Below, one piece after another: positions 1 through 9,432 of a stretch of 64,000 bases of DNA; within the stretch, counting starts at the first letter, position 1, and every line of letters starts with the position of its first letter. Position numbers and translations under genes: made by a program. The notes below the pieces were generated by a model, which worked only from the letters and a program-made list of their open reading frames with translations, did not search any database and was not told the origin of the DNA. The DNA comes from Daejeonella sp. (GTDB lineage: Bacteria > Bacteroidota > Bacteroidia > Sphingobacteriales > Sphingobacteriaceae): positions 17,395-81,394 of the forward strand of contig NZ_JBKJUM010000042.1 in the NCBI RefSeq assembly GCF_046590655.1, written 5' to 3'.

Positions 1-420
1 TCCAAAACTTATTGATGCAATTGCAGTATCCTTTCCAAGAGCTTTTTCGTCGTCGCTATGCCAGGCCATGCCCTCACCTCCGTTGTGGTACAAATTAAGG
101 AGGCAGGAATTAAATTTAGCACCGCAAAGTTTTTCAGCCAGGCCCTTTAATTCCAATAGTTCAGGTGTCCAGGGAAGTGAATGCCTGGTCGTGTTTGAAT
201 AGGTATATGAATAGTTATCGTCGCCATACCAGGCAACTTTACGCTTCGTAATAATGTGTCTGCCAAATATTCTAGCCTCGTCATTCTTCCAGGGAATAGT
301 ATCAAGCAGCACTTTCAGATATATGAGCGCATTTTCTTTGTTCATGATTTTTCCAAAGTAAATTACTTTTCCATCATATGGAAGCAGATTTGCCTGAATA
401 TTGGTATCGAAAAGGTCCAT
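1..420 (-). CDS. alkB: AlkB-family alpha-ketoglutarate-dependent dioxygenase (runs off left edge)
   Basis: Manual translation from ATG 420: MDLFDTNIQANLLPYDGKVIYFGKIMN...RKVAWYGD...FNSCLLNLYHNGGEGMAWHSDDE (HxD iron motif). The ATG overlaps the ada stop (TAATG). Confidence 0.9.
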   Translation of the reverse strand, partial: MDLFDTNIQANLLPYDGKVIYFGKIMNKENALIYLKVLLDTIPWKNDEARIFGRHIITKRKVAWYGDDNYSYTYSNTTRHSLPWTPELLELKGLAEKLCGAKFNSCLLNLYHNGGEGMAWHSDDEKALGKDTAIASISFG

Positions 421-1268
421 TAGTTATCTGTATTTATTCGGGCTGCTTCCCAACCTATGATAGCACTCTTACGGGTAAGACCCCACATATACCCACCCGG
501 TGCACCGCCAGCCTGTATAACCCGATGACAAGGAATTAAAAATGCTACCGGGTTTTGCCCAATGGCTGTTCCAACAGCTCTTGAAGCGCTCGGGTTTTTA
601 ATATTATTTGCAATGGTTGCATAGCTTGTTAGTTTCCCCATCGGAATCTTAAGAAGTGTTTCCCAAACCTTTAGCTGAAAAGCTGTCCCTTTAAGATGTA
701 GTTTAATCTGGTTTAACTTAGTCCAGTCCTGGTTAAAGACGTAGAGTGCATTTTGCTGTATAACATCCATGAAATGCCGTAGTGTTGCATTTGGGAAACG
801 CCCTATTAATTCAGTGAATGACTGTGATTCATTATCAGAAAAAGACATGTGGCAAATCCCTTTTGAAGTTGAAGCAACAAGTAGATTTCCAAAAGGACAT
901 TCCGCATAACTATAGTTAATGTTAAGTTCTGCACCACCATTTTTATACTCTCCAGGAGTCATACCCTCGATCTTTATAAATAAGTCGTGAAGCCTGCCGG
1001 TGCCTGACAGCCCCGCTTCATACGCTGCATCAAAAAGAGATGCTTGCCTGTCCCTCAAAATATCTTTTGCATATTCAACACTTATATACTGAAGGAATTT
1101 TTTCGGGCTTACGCCTGCCCAGTCGGTAAACAAGCGTTGAAAATGAAAGGGGCTCAAATGTACTATTTCTGCCAACTCATTGAGACTGGGCTGGTTCCGG
1201 AAATTGAGCCTGATATAGTCAATCGCTTCTGCAATTCTTGAATAGTTAAGTTGATTGGAGGTAGTCAT
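420..1268 (-). CDS. ada: Bifunctional AraC-type regulator / O6-methylguanine-DNA methyltransferase (Ada-like)
   Basis: N-terminal AraC HTH (LSPFHFQRLF..WAGVSPKKF) and C-terminal PCHRV active site. ATG 1268 is preferred over TTG 1289 because a TAnnTTTG element covers 1287-1294. Confidence 0.92.
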   Translation of the reverse strand: MTTSNQLNYSRIAEAIDYIRLNFRNQPSLNELAEIVHLSPFHFQRLFTDWAGVSPKKFLQYISVEYAKDILRDRQASLFDAAYEAGLSGTGRLHDLFIKIEGMTPGEYKNGGAELNINYSYAECPFGNLLVASTSKGICHMSFSDNESQSFTELIGRFPNATLRHFMDVIQQNALYVFNQDWTKLNQIKLHLKGTAFQLKVWETLLKIPMGKLTSYATIANNIKNPSASRAVGTAIGQNPVAFLIPCHRVIQAGGAPGGYMWGLTRKSAIIGWEAARINTDN

Positions 1269-1286
1269 CGCCTGTATTTTGTAAAG

Positions 1287-1294
1287 CAAAGTTA
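1287..1294 (-). promoter_or_regulatory. Bacteroidota primary-sigma -7 element (TAACTTTG) for ada-alkB
   Basis: Exact TAnnTTTG match 18 nt upstream of ATG 1268. Confidence 0.6.
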
Positions 1295-1449
1295 AAAGGT
1301 TCGACAGCTTTCTGAAACCCGAAAGTTGCTCAATTTAACAAACTAAAGGTTTTATACGTGACTGGTGTTATTTATACTCTTTTTGAAATTCATGTAAACC
1401 TTTCGAAAAAAAGAGTGTTAAAACTTTACAACATCAAACAAAATTAATC

Positions 1450-1995
1450 ATGAAACAGCAAAGCAAAGCAATGACACCTGCTGACAGAGAAAAAGATAAG
1501 TCAGCTTTATTGAAACTTTTCACAGACGAAGTGAAAGATATTTATTGGGCTGAAAAACACCTTTTAAAGGCCCTGCCGAAAATGGCTAAAGGTGCGACTT
1601 CTGAAGAATTGACAGGGGCTATAGAAAAACACATTGGTGAAACTGATGTACACATCCAACGTTTAGAAGAAGTTTTCGGACTTTTGGGGATCCAACCACA
1701 AGCAAAAAAATGCGATGCCATGGCCGGACTTATTGAAGAAGGACAAGGCATATTAGAAGATACTGAAGAGGGAACGATGACCCGTGATGCTGGTATCATT
1801 TCTGCAGCGCAAAAAGTAGAACATTATGAGATAGCTACTTATGGTACTCTTCGTGTTCTGGCGAATACATTAGGATTAACTGATGCTGCTAAATTATTGG
1901 AAACTACACTTGAAGAAGAAAAAACTACAGATGTTGGTCTCACAATAATTGCAGAAGGTTTTGTTAATGAAGCTGCTGCACAGGAAGTGGAGTAG
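1450..1995 (+). CDS. YciE/YciF (DUF892) ferritin-like protein
   Basis: KDIYWAEK, KKCDAMAGLIEEG, AAQKVEHYEIATYG and TLEEEK motifs. Confidence 0.92.
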   Translation: MKQQSKAMTPADREKDKSALLKLFTDEVKDIYWAEKHLLKALPKMAKGATSEELTGAIEKHIGETDVHIQRLEEVFGLLGIQPQAKKCDAMAGLIEEGQGILEDTEEGTMTRDAGIISAAQKVEHYEIATYGTLRVLANTLGLTDAAKLLETTLEEEKTTDVGLTIIAEGFVNEAAAQEVE

Positions 1996-2018
1996 TAAAC
2001 TAACATTTGTTTTTATAG

Positions 2019-2050
2019 AAAGGCCGTACTTTTTAAGTATGGCTTTTTTT
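2019..2050 (+). terminator. Intrinsic terminator after the YciF-like gene
   Basis: AGGCCGTACT-loop-AGTATGGCTT hairpin followed by a T run. Confidence 0.75.
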
Positions 2051-2065
2051 ATTGATATTGGTTTT

Positions 2066-2144
2066 CTGTTACCTGTTACCCGTTCCCAGGCTGGACGGAC
2101 TAAACGATTTGACTGGCAGCTGGTAACTGGCAACTGATAGCTGA
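2066..2144. repeat. Inverted heptamer arrays (CTGTTAC-type x3 / CTGGTAA-type x4)
   Basis: CTGTTAC CTGTTAC CCGTTCC at 2066-2086; CTGGCAG CTGGTAA CTGGCAA CTGATAG at 2113-2140. Confidence 0.8.
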
Positions 2145-2205
2145 TTGCAACGTCACATCAGATACCGAACATTTTCTGTTATCTTTACCTCAAGTCCAAT
2201 ATCCC

Positions 2206-2580
2206 ATGTTCCTCATCATCCTAAACATCACCTTCTGCCTTTCATTTCTGCTCTTTGCCTGGTTCAATCTGAATGACAAAGACTCATGGCTTTGGGTGCC
2301 GATATACCTTGCTGCATCAATGTGCTGTGCCCTGGCTGCATATGGGTCATTTTATCCGATGGTCTATCTTTTGCTAAGCGCCTTTTATATCAGTTACGCA
2401 ACTATTTTATTTTTCTCGAAAGATGGGGTACGCGATTGGATCGTGAAATATAAGCAACCGAGTATTACAGAAAGTATGCAAGCAACAAAGCCTTATATTG
2501 AAAATACGAGGGAATTTTTCGGCCTTCTTATCATTACTGCCGCTCTGGCAATCAATTATTTTTCATCCCCGGGAATTTAA
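2206..2580 (+). CDS. Transmembrane-220-family small membrane protein
   Basis: Hydrophobic helices; NLNDKDSWLWVPIY and ENTREFFGLLI motifs. Confidence 0.75.
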   Translation: MFLIILNITFCLSFLLFAWFNLNDKDSWLWVPIYLAASMCCALAAYGSFYPMVYLLLSAFYISYATILFFSKDGVRDWIVKYKQPSITESMQATKPYIENTREFFGLLIITAALAINYFSSPGI

Positions 2581-2694
2581 GCATTAATATTTCTGTTACA
2601 GTGCCGGATCCTTCAAGTTCTGTTCAGATTGTTAATAGTTTTTGGTAATTTTCCCAAGTTAAATTGCTTGACACGGGATAATTCTATAACAGAC

Positions 2695-3552
2695 ATGTTT
2701 GATTACGATGCAGAAAGATTGCGGGCCGTTATACTCGAGATTACCCGTTCAAATATTTCTTCTGAAGCCTGGGCCTGGCTTGAGGAAAAACTGGATTTAA
2801 CGGAAATTTCCGCTATAAACACAGTATTTTCTTTGATGCCGAGGAAAACCGGCAAGGAAATTATCAACATTACTCCCTCAGAAGAGATGATTATTGAGGA
2901 GATCAAACCAGGCTGGTCACTTAATGGGTGGGCAACAGACCGTCTTTGCCGTGTTTGTTTTTTGATGCACCTAGATTCCGATGAAAAAAATAGATATTTC
3001 AAAACTATAGAAGATCTTTTTCTAGCAGCAGAAATGACTGAATTAGTTGCTCTTTACTCGTCGCTTCCGGTCCTGGCTCTACCGGAGATTTGGAAGATGA
3101 GATGTGCCGAAGGCATTCGCAGTAATATTGGAACTGTATTGGAAGCAATAATGTATGAGAATCCGTATGCTGCTGCTCATCTCGATGAAAAAGCATGGAA
3201 CCAATTAGTGATGAAAGCATTTTTCACAGATAAAAATGTTAACAGGATTTACGGGTACGATGCGCGTGCTAATGCAGAACTTGCGCTCATCCTTTCAGAC
3301 TACGCTCATGAACGATGGGCTGCAGGACGAAGTGTGAATCCTTTGTTATGGAGATCTACCGCTAAGTTTATTGATTCTCGCCTAAAAAAGGATCTGGAGA
3401 AAGCACTATCGGAAGGAAATCTAAAAGAACAACAGGCTGCAGCACTCACTATTTTCCATTCCAATTCGGCCGAGGCGAAAGAACTTTTGAAGAATTTTAG
3501 CGAGCTGGTTTCTGCAATTGAGAAAAATGAATTAACCTGGAATCAGGTCTAA
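2695..3552 (+). CDS. eboA: EboA domain protein
   Basis: AEGIRSN, WNQLVMKAFF and YAHERWAAGR motifs; first gene of the ebo arrangement. ATG 2695 preferred. Confidence 0.88.
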   Translation: MFDYDAERLRAVILEITRSNISSEAWAWLEEKLDLTEISAINTVFSLMPRKTGKEIINITPSEEMIIEEIKPGWSLNGWATDRLCRVCFLMHLDSDEKNRYFKTIEDLFLAAEMTELVALYSSLPVLALPEIWKMRCAEGIRSNIGTVLEAIMYENPYAAAHLDEKAWNQLVMKAFFTDKNVNRIYGYDARANAELALILSDYAHERWAAGRSVNPLLWRSTAKFIDSRLKKDLEKALSEGNLKEQQAAALTIFHSNSAEAKELLKNFSELVSAIEKNELTWNQV

Positions 3553-3586
3553 GCTGGATCAACAAATACATTAAAAAACATTTATC

Positions 3587-4573
3587 ATGTGCTGCACCCA
3601 TTCATTTGAAGATCGAAAACCAGTCGCTGGCGAGGCTGAAAAATTAGACCTGGATATCATAAAAGGGATGAAGTTTTTTGATCCGCATGTTCACATGTCA
3701 TCACGTACGACAGACGATTATCAGGCTATGGCCGATGCCGGAATTCTGGCAGTGATTGAGCCGGCTTTCTGGTTGGGTCAACCCCGGACCGGCATTGACA
3801 GTTTCAGGGATTATTACAGCAGCTTGATTGGTTGGGAAAGGTTCCGCTCATCTCAGTTTGGGATCAAACACTATTGCACCATCGGACTAAATTCGCGTGA
3901 AGCCAATAATGAAAAACTAGCTGAAGAAGTGATGGAGCTGCTTCCACTATTCATTTACAAAGAGGGAGTAGTGGGAATAGGAGAAATTGGCTTTGACGAT
4001 CAAACGGCCGCAGAAGAAAAATACTACCGGGCTCAGCTGGAGCTGGCAAAAGAATCCGGGCTTCCCGTACAGATTCATACACCACATCGCGATAAGAAAA
4101 GAGGTACGCAGCGAAGTATGGACATCGCGATTGAACATGGCCTCGATCCGTTCAAAGTGATAGTTGACCATAACAATGAGGAAACGGTAAAAGAAGTTCT
4201 TGACAGAGGTTTTTGGGCAGCTTTTACAATTTATCCCTTCACAAAAATGGGGAATGAACGTATGGTTGAGCTAGCTAAACAATACGGCCCGGAGCGTATA
4301 ATGATTAATTCAGCTGCCGATTGGGGAATAAGCGATCCCCTTGCCGTACCCAAGACCGCTGCGCTTATGAAGATTAAAGGGATCAGTGATGAAGCAATAA
4401 AGCTGATCACTTATTCAAATGCGATTACAGCGTTTGCTCAAAGCGGGCAAATTGATGAAAAAGACTTCGCCAGCCTTGGTAGCGTTGACCAAAGCCAGAA
4501 GTTTGAAGGTAATACAGTATTGCGTGGCGGGCAACAGCCCAGAACTGATAAATCATCAATTATTATAAGTTAA
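3587..4573 (+). CDS. eboB: TatD-family hydrolase EboB
   Basis: DPHVHMSSRTTDDY, GEIGFD, IHTPHRDK, DHNNE and SAADWG motifs. Confidence 0.9.
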   Translation: MCCTHSFEDRKPVAGEAEKLDLDIIKGMKFFDPHVHMSSRTTDDYQAMADAGILAVIEPAFWLGQPRTGIDSFRDYYSSLIGWERFRSSQFGIKHYCTIGLNSREANNEKLAEEVMELLPLFIYKEGVVGIGEIGFDDQTAAEEKYYRAQLELAKESGLPVQIHTPHRDKKRGTQRSMDIAIEHGLDPFKVIVDHNNEETVKEVLDRGFWAAFTIYPFTKMGNERMVELAKQYGPERIMINSAADWGISDPLAVPKTAALMKIKGISDEAIKLITYSNAITAFAQSGQIDEKDFASLGSVDQSQKFEGNTVLRGGQQPRTDKSSIIIS

Positions 4574-4574
4574 G

Positions 4575-5456
4575 TTGGGCAAAATCAACACTTATCTGCG
4601 TCTGGTGCGCCCTGCAAATGTCGTAACTTCAGTGGCTGATGTCCTGGCTGGTATTGCTATATCCGGTTATTTTCTAAACGGTAACATAAATTACAGTTCA
4701 GTTTTTCTTTTATGCCTGTCCACCTCAGGATTGTATGCAGGCGGTATTGTTTTCAACGACATTTTTGATGCCGAATTAGATAAGATTGAACGTCCGGAGA
4801 GAGCAATTCCGAGCGGTGCCATTCGTATGGGCGAAGCTGTTATCCTTGGATTTCTGTTACTGATCATGGGAATAGCCGCTGCTTTTTATGTTAGCTTATT
4901 CTCCGGGATGATTGCTCTGGGTATTGCAATAGCTGCGCTTATCTACGATAAATTCAGTAAACATGACTCGTTTCTTGGACCCTTGAATATGGGCCTGTGC
5001 CGGGGGATGAACCTTTGGCTGGGATTGGGTATCCTTTCGTATAGCTTCAATCAATGGCAGATTTTAGGTATGATACCCCTAATATATATCTTCTCAATCA
5101 CGATGATTAGTCAGGGCGAGGTTCACGGCGGCAAAGTGAGAAACCTTTATATAGGAGGCTTCCTTTATCTTATTGTTATCTGCTTTATCCTAACGGTTGC
5201 ACGAATAAAAGATAATCTTCTTCTATCTCTAATTTTTTTACTGCCATTTGCTTTTATGATTCTATCCCCCTTAGTAAAGGCAATTGAAGATCCTGTGGGC
5301 AAAAATATCGGAAAAGCTGTTAAAGCAGGGGTAGTTTCGCTGATTTTGATGGATGCAGCATGGGCAGCCACGTTTGGCTCAATATATGCCGCAATGGCTA
5401 TTGCTTGCCTTTTGCCTATATCAATTTGGCTGAGTAAACGTTTTGCTGTTACTTAG
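4575..5456 (+). CDS. eboC: UbiA-like prenyltransferase EboC
   Basis: RPAN, NDIFDAELDKIERPERAIPSG motif, multiple TM helices. Confidence 0.9.
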   Translation: MGKINTYLRLVRPANVVTSVADVLAGIAISGYFLNGNINYSSVFLLCLSTSGLYAGGIVFNDIFDAELDKIERPERAIPSGAIRMGEAVILGFLLLIMGIAAAFYVSLFSGMIALGIAIAALIYDKFSKHDSFLGPLNMGLCRGMNLWLGLGILSYSFNQWQILGMIPLIYIFSITMISQGEVHGGKVRNLYIGGFLYLIVICFILTVARIKDNLLLSLIFLLPFAFMILSPLVKAIEDPVGKNIGKAVKAGVVSLILMDAAWAATFGSIYAAMAIACLLPISIWLSKRFAVT

Positions 5457-5520
5457 TGGACAATTATTTACTCTTTAATTTATATTCATCCGATAATGCC
5501 CGGCTCTGATCCGCAATAAT

Positions 5521-6669
5521 ATGGAACACCTTAAACAGTCATTTACTGTAAAATTCGAGTATAAAGTATTTTTTACTACCGCTCTTTTTGATATTTCTAA
5601 TAAGCTTTTTAGTGACTTTCTAAGTAACACTGGCGCGCCCGACATTCCGCGGAAAATACTTTTTGTCCTTGATAAGGGCGTGGTGGATGCAAGTACAGAT
5701 GTTATAGATCGATTGAAGAATTATTTTGCGATTAACAAATCTGTGCAGCTTATCCAGGAATTCATAATTGTGCCGGGTGGCGAGAAAGTAAAAAATGACA
5801 CTAGATTTTTTGATGAGATCCTTGAAGCGGTGAACACTTACAAGGTCGACAGGCATTCCTATATCGCTGCAATTGGGGGTGGTTCTGTCCTTGATCTGGT
5901 AGGTTATGCTGCTGCTGTGTCACACCGGGGCATAAAGCATATTCGTATCCCCACTACTGTCCTTTCACAAAATGATTCGGGAGTAGGAGTTAAGAATGGG
6001 ATTAATTATTTTGATAAAAAGAACTTCCTGGGCACATTCGCTCCTCCGGTGGCAGTTTTTAACGATGAGCTTTATTTGAAAACCCTCAGCGACCGTGACT
6101 GGCGTTCCGGGATCTCCGAAGCAATAAAAGTCGCATTAATTAAAGACCCCGTATTTTTTGCCTGGCTGGAAGATAACGCCACAGCACTTGTGTCGCGTGA
6201 TCTTAAAACAATGAATTACCTGGTCCACCGGTGTGCTGAACTTCACATGCAGCATATTGCCGGTCGCGATCCCTTTGAAAGTGGATCATCAAGACCTTTG
6301 GATTTCGGACATTGGAGTGCTCATAAGCTTGAACAGCTTTCAAATTTCGAGGTTTTACACGGTGAAGCTGTGGCAATGGGAATGGCTCTTGACACGGTCT
6401 ATTCAAATCTCTGCGGGCGTTTGCCGGATGATGAAACCGACAGGGTAATTGCCTTACTTAAAGTGATTGGCTTTGAATTAACTCACCCGTTGATGGAAGT
6501 TGAAGAAGAAGACAGCGCAATATTACGCGGTTTGGAGGAATTTCGTGAACACCTTGGCGGGAGGCTTACTATCATGCTGCTCGATAAAATTGGCACCGGA
6601 ACTGAAGTTAATGAGATAGATATTGAATTGCTAAAAGAAGCCGGACAGAAACTTAAGACTTATCAATGA
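5521..6669 (+). CDS. eboD: 3-dehydroquinate-synthase-like sugar-phosphate cyclase EboD
   Basis: GGGSVLDLVG, PTTVLSQNDSGVGVKN, LDFGHWSAHKLE and HGEAV motifs. Confidence 0.9.
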   Translation: MEHLKQSFTVKFEYKVFFTTALFDISNKLFSDFLSNTGAPDIPRKILFVLDKGVVDASTDVIDRLKNYFAINKSVQLIQEFIIVPGGEKVKNDTRFFDEILEAVNTYKVDRHSYIAAIGGGSVLDLVGYAAAVSHRGIKHIRIPTTVLSQNDSGVGVKNGINYFDKKNFLGTFAPPVAVFNDELYLKTLSDRDWRSGISEAIKVALIKDPVFFAWLEDNATALVSRDLKTMNYLVHRCAELHMQHIAGRDPFESGSSRPLDFGHWSAHKLEQLSNFEVLHGEAVAMGMALDTVYSNLCGRLPDDETDRVIALLKVIGFELTHPLMEVEEEDSAILRGLEEFREHLGGRLTIMLLDKIGTGTEVNEIDIELLKEAGQKLKTYQ

Positions 6670-7883
6670 AAATAGCAGCCGGTCATTTTACGTATTGCAC
6701 GAATATTCATGCAGGAGAATCATGGACCGATCATTTTGAGTCTCTGAAAGAAAAATTCCCTCTGATAAAAGCTGAGGTCTCCCGGGATCAGCCCATGGGA
6801 ATTGGCTTAAGGTTATCAAATAAGGCTAGTAAAGATCTTCAGGATTATGTGAAGCTCGAAGAGTTTCAGCTTTGGATGAAGGAAAATGATGCTTATGTAT
6901 TTACTATGAATGGCTTCCCTTACGGGGATTTTCACCATGCTATAGTAAAAGATCAGGTGCATACACCGGATTGGACTACCGCTGAGAGACTAGAATACAC
7001 CTTAAGATTGTTTGAAATACTTGCCGAACTTCTGCCTGATGGTATAGATGGGGGCGTCTCTACTTCCCCGCTGAGCTACAGGCATTGGTATTCTTCCGAC
7101 GTGGATTCGCGCAAGGCAATGCACCTGGCCACGGGGAATATGATTTCCATTTTAGAGCACTTGTTTCTGTACAAGAAAAATCGTGGCCTTGTAATGCACC
7201 TTGATATTGAACCAGAACCGGACGGTTTGCTTGAAACAGGACGCGAATTTATTGATTGGTATCAAGGCATGCTTGTCCCCATGGCTTTGAAAGAGCTTTC
7301 TACGAAGCACAATCTCAGTAATGAGGACGCACTAGAAGCAATAAGAGAGCATATACGCCTTTGTTACGATGTTTGTCATTTTGCTATCGGCTATGAGCCG
7401 CATCATGAGATACTCGCTGAGCTTAGCAATTGTGGAATCAAGGTAGGGAAGATCCAGATTAGTGCGGCATTAAAGTCCGACTTGCCTCCTGAGCCTGAAT
7501 CGAGGACGCTTATTTCTGAAGCATTCTTCAGTTTCGTTGAACCTACATACCTTCACCAGGTGGTAGCCAGGAAAACGGATGGTGAATTGATCCGTTATTG
7601 TGACCTGCCCGACGCTTTAACGGATATACAAAATCCGGAAGTTGAAGAGTGGCGTGCGCATTTTCATGTTCCTGTGTTCCTGAAAGATTTGGGCTTTCTG
7701 GAATCCACACAGTCTGACATAACAGAGGTTTTAAACATACAATGTGCGACACCATTTACGAATCATCTTGAAGTTGAAACTTATACCTGGGAAGTTTTAC
7801 CCGATATATTAAAAATGCCAATAGAGTTATCGATTAGCAGGGAGCTAAACTGGGTTAAAGAAGTTTTTAGAAAAAATGAATAA
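6666..7883 (+). CDS. eboE: Xylose-isomerase-like TIM-barrel protein EboE
   Basis: YCTNIH, TMNGFPYGDFH, EPEPDG, YLHQV, WRAHFHVP and EVETYTW motifs. Confidence 0.92.
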   Translation: MKIAAGHFTYCTNIHAGESWTDHFESLKEKFPLIKAEVSRDQPMGIGLRLSNKASKDLQDYVKLEEFQLWMKENDAYVFTMNGFPYGDFHHAIVKDQVHTPDWTTAERLEYTLRLFEILAELLPDGIDGGVSTSPLSYRHWYSSDVDSRKAMHLATGNMISILEHLFLYKKNRGLVMHLDIEPEPDGLLETGREFIDWYQGMLVPMALKELSTKHNLSNEDALEAIREHIRLCYDVCHFAIGYEPHHEILAELSNCGIKVGKIQISAALKSDLPPEPESRTLISEAFFSFVEPTYLHQVVARKTDGELIRYCDLPDALTDIQNPEVEEWRAHFHVPVFLKDLGFLESTQSDITEVLNIQCATPFTNHLEVETYTWEVLPDILKMPIELSISRELNWVKEVFRKNE

Positions 7884-9249
7884 AACAGTTGTTATCGACG
7901 TAGTCGGGCTATCTTCTTCATTAATTGGCGAACATACTCCCTTTTTGAAAGGATATATTGCCAGGAAAAATATGGTCAATATACAGCCGGTTTTACCTGC
8001 AGTAACCACTTCTGCCCAATCGACATATCTTACAGGAAAATGGCCTTCTGCGACTGGTATTGTTGGTAATGGCTGGTACGATCACGCCGATTGCGAGATT
8101 AAATTCTGGAAACAGTCAAATAAACTTGTTGGAGGCGAGAAGATCTGGGAGAAAGCAAAAAAGGAGGATCCTTCTTTTACCTGCGCAAAGATGTTCTGGT
8201 GGTACAATATGTATTCAACGGCAGATTATGCAGTCACCCCCCGGCCAAATTACCTTGCTGACGGCAGAAAAATGCCCGACTGTTATTCTCAGCCTGCTGA
8301 ATTAAGAGACATCCTTCAGGAAAAGCTCGGGACTTTTCCCTTGTTCCAGTTTTGGGGTCCGGGAGCTAATATCAAATCAACACAGTGGATAGCAGATGCC
8401 TCCATACTGACGGATGAGTTGTATGATCCGACGCTTACGCTGATCTATCTTCCGCATCTGGATTATTGTCTTCAAAAATTTGGTCCTGATCTTTCCTTAA
8501 TCCATAAAGAGTTAAATGAGATCGATGAAGTAATCAAAAAGCTTGTTATGTTTTACGAAGGACGGGGTGCCGGCATTGTAATTCTATCCGAATATGGAAT
8601 ATCGCCTGTTCATAATCCTATTCATATAAATAGGATATTCCGCAAAAAGGATATGCTAAATATCCGAATAGAAAGGGGACTTGAACTACTGGATGCAGGC
8701 GCATCAAAAGCATTCGTTGTGGCTGATCACCAGATCGCACACGTTTATGTAAACGATAAATCCGTTGAAGATGAAGTTAGGGCTTTACTGGAAAAAGTGC
8801 CTGGAATAGAACTTGTTCTAAACAAGGAAGAACAGAAGCCGTATCATATTGATCACGAACGTTCGGGCGACTTCGTAATAATGGCTGACAAAGATAGCTG
8901 GTTCACTTACTATTTTTGGCAGGATGATGCAAAAGCTCCTGACTTTGCTCGCTGCGTTGACATTCATAAGAAGCCCGGATATGATCCCGTTGAAATGTTT
9001 ATGAGCTCGAAGCTGAGAGCGGGATACAAATTATTGAAGAAGAAGGCTGGCTTCCGCTATGTTATGGATGTTATCCCCTTGGATGCTGCGCTTATTAAAG
9101 GTTCACATGGCCGCATCGGAGTGGAGAAGGAGTATCAGCCAGTTTTGATCTCTGATATGCAGTTCGGGTCTGATGAACTCGCACCTACGGAAATATTTGA
9201 TGTGCTCTGGTCTGTTTTGAAGTATGAAGCAAAGGAGCAAGCCTTGTAA
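7876..9249 (+). CDS. eboF: Alkaline phosphatase / nucleotide pyrophosphatase family protein EboF
   Basis: DVVGL, PAVTT, YLPHLDY, DIHKKPGYDPVE and KGSHG motifs. Confidence 0.9.
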   Translation: MNKTVVIDVVGLSSSLIGEHTPFLKGYIARKNMVNIQPVLPAVTTSAQSTYLTGKWPSATGIVGNGWYDHADCEIKFWKQSNKLVGGEKIWEKAKKEDPSFTCAKMFWWYNMYSTADYAVTPRPNYLADGRKMPDCYSQPAELRDILQEKLGTFPLFQFWGPGANIKSTQWIADASILTDELYDPTLTLIYLPHLDYCLQKFGPDLSLIHKELNEIDEVIKKLVMFYEGRGAGIVILSEYGISPVHNPIHINRIFRKKDMLNIRIERGLELLDAGASKAFVVADHQIAHVYVNDKSVEDEVRALLEKVPGIELVLNKEEQKPYHIDHERSGDFVIMADKDSWFTYYFWQDDAKAPDFARCVDIHKKPGYDPVEMFMSSKLRAGYKLLKKKAGFRYVMDVIPLDAALIKGSHGRIGVEKEYQPVLISDMQFGSDELAPTEIFDVLWSVLKYEAKEQAL

Positions 9250-9432
9250 GGCTGACCAATATCTTGCAAATGCTTTTTTCATATTTATGGAATTTCTCTT
9301 ATTTTAGCATATCATTGCCATAGTACCGTGAAACCACAATTTAAAGAGCTTCCGGGCATTGTTAAACGTCTTTTCGATAACATTTAGGGCTTCTTATCTA
9401 AACACCCACAGTTACATTTCATCCTTTAGTTC

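Noticed and set aside
1894-2137. Short ORFs 1894-2133 (-) and 1949-2137 (+)
   Set aside because: They span a terminator and repeat arms and overlap yciF; no protein-like features.
5521-6669. Housekeeping aroB
   Set aside because: The ebo context and divergent motifs (SQNDSGVGVKN, DFGHWSAH) indicate EboD.
9306-9320. Sigma-54-like TGGCA...TGC on the minus strand
   Set aside because: GG-GC spacing is one nt short and it points into eboF antisense.
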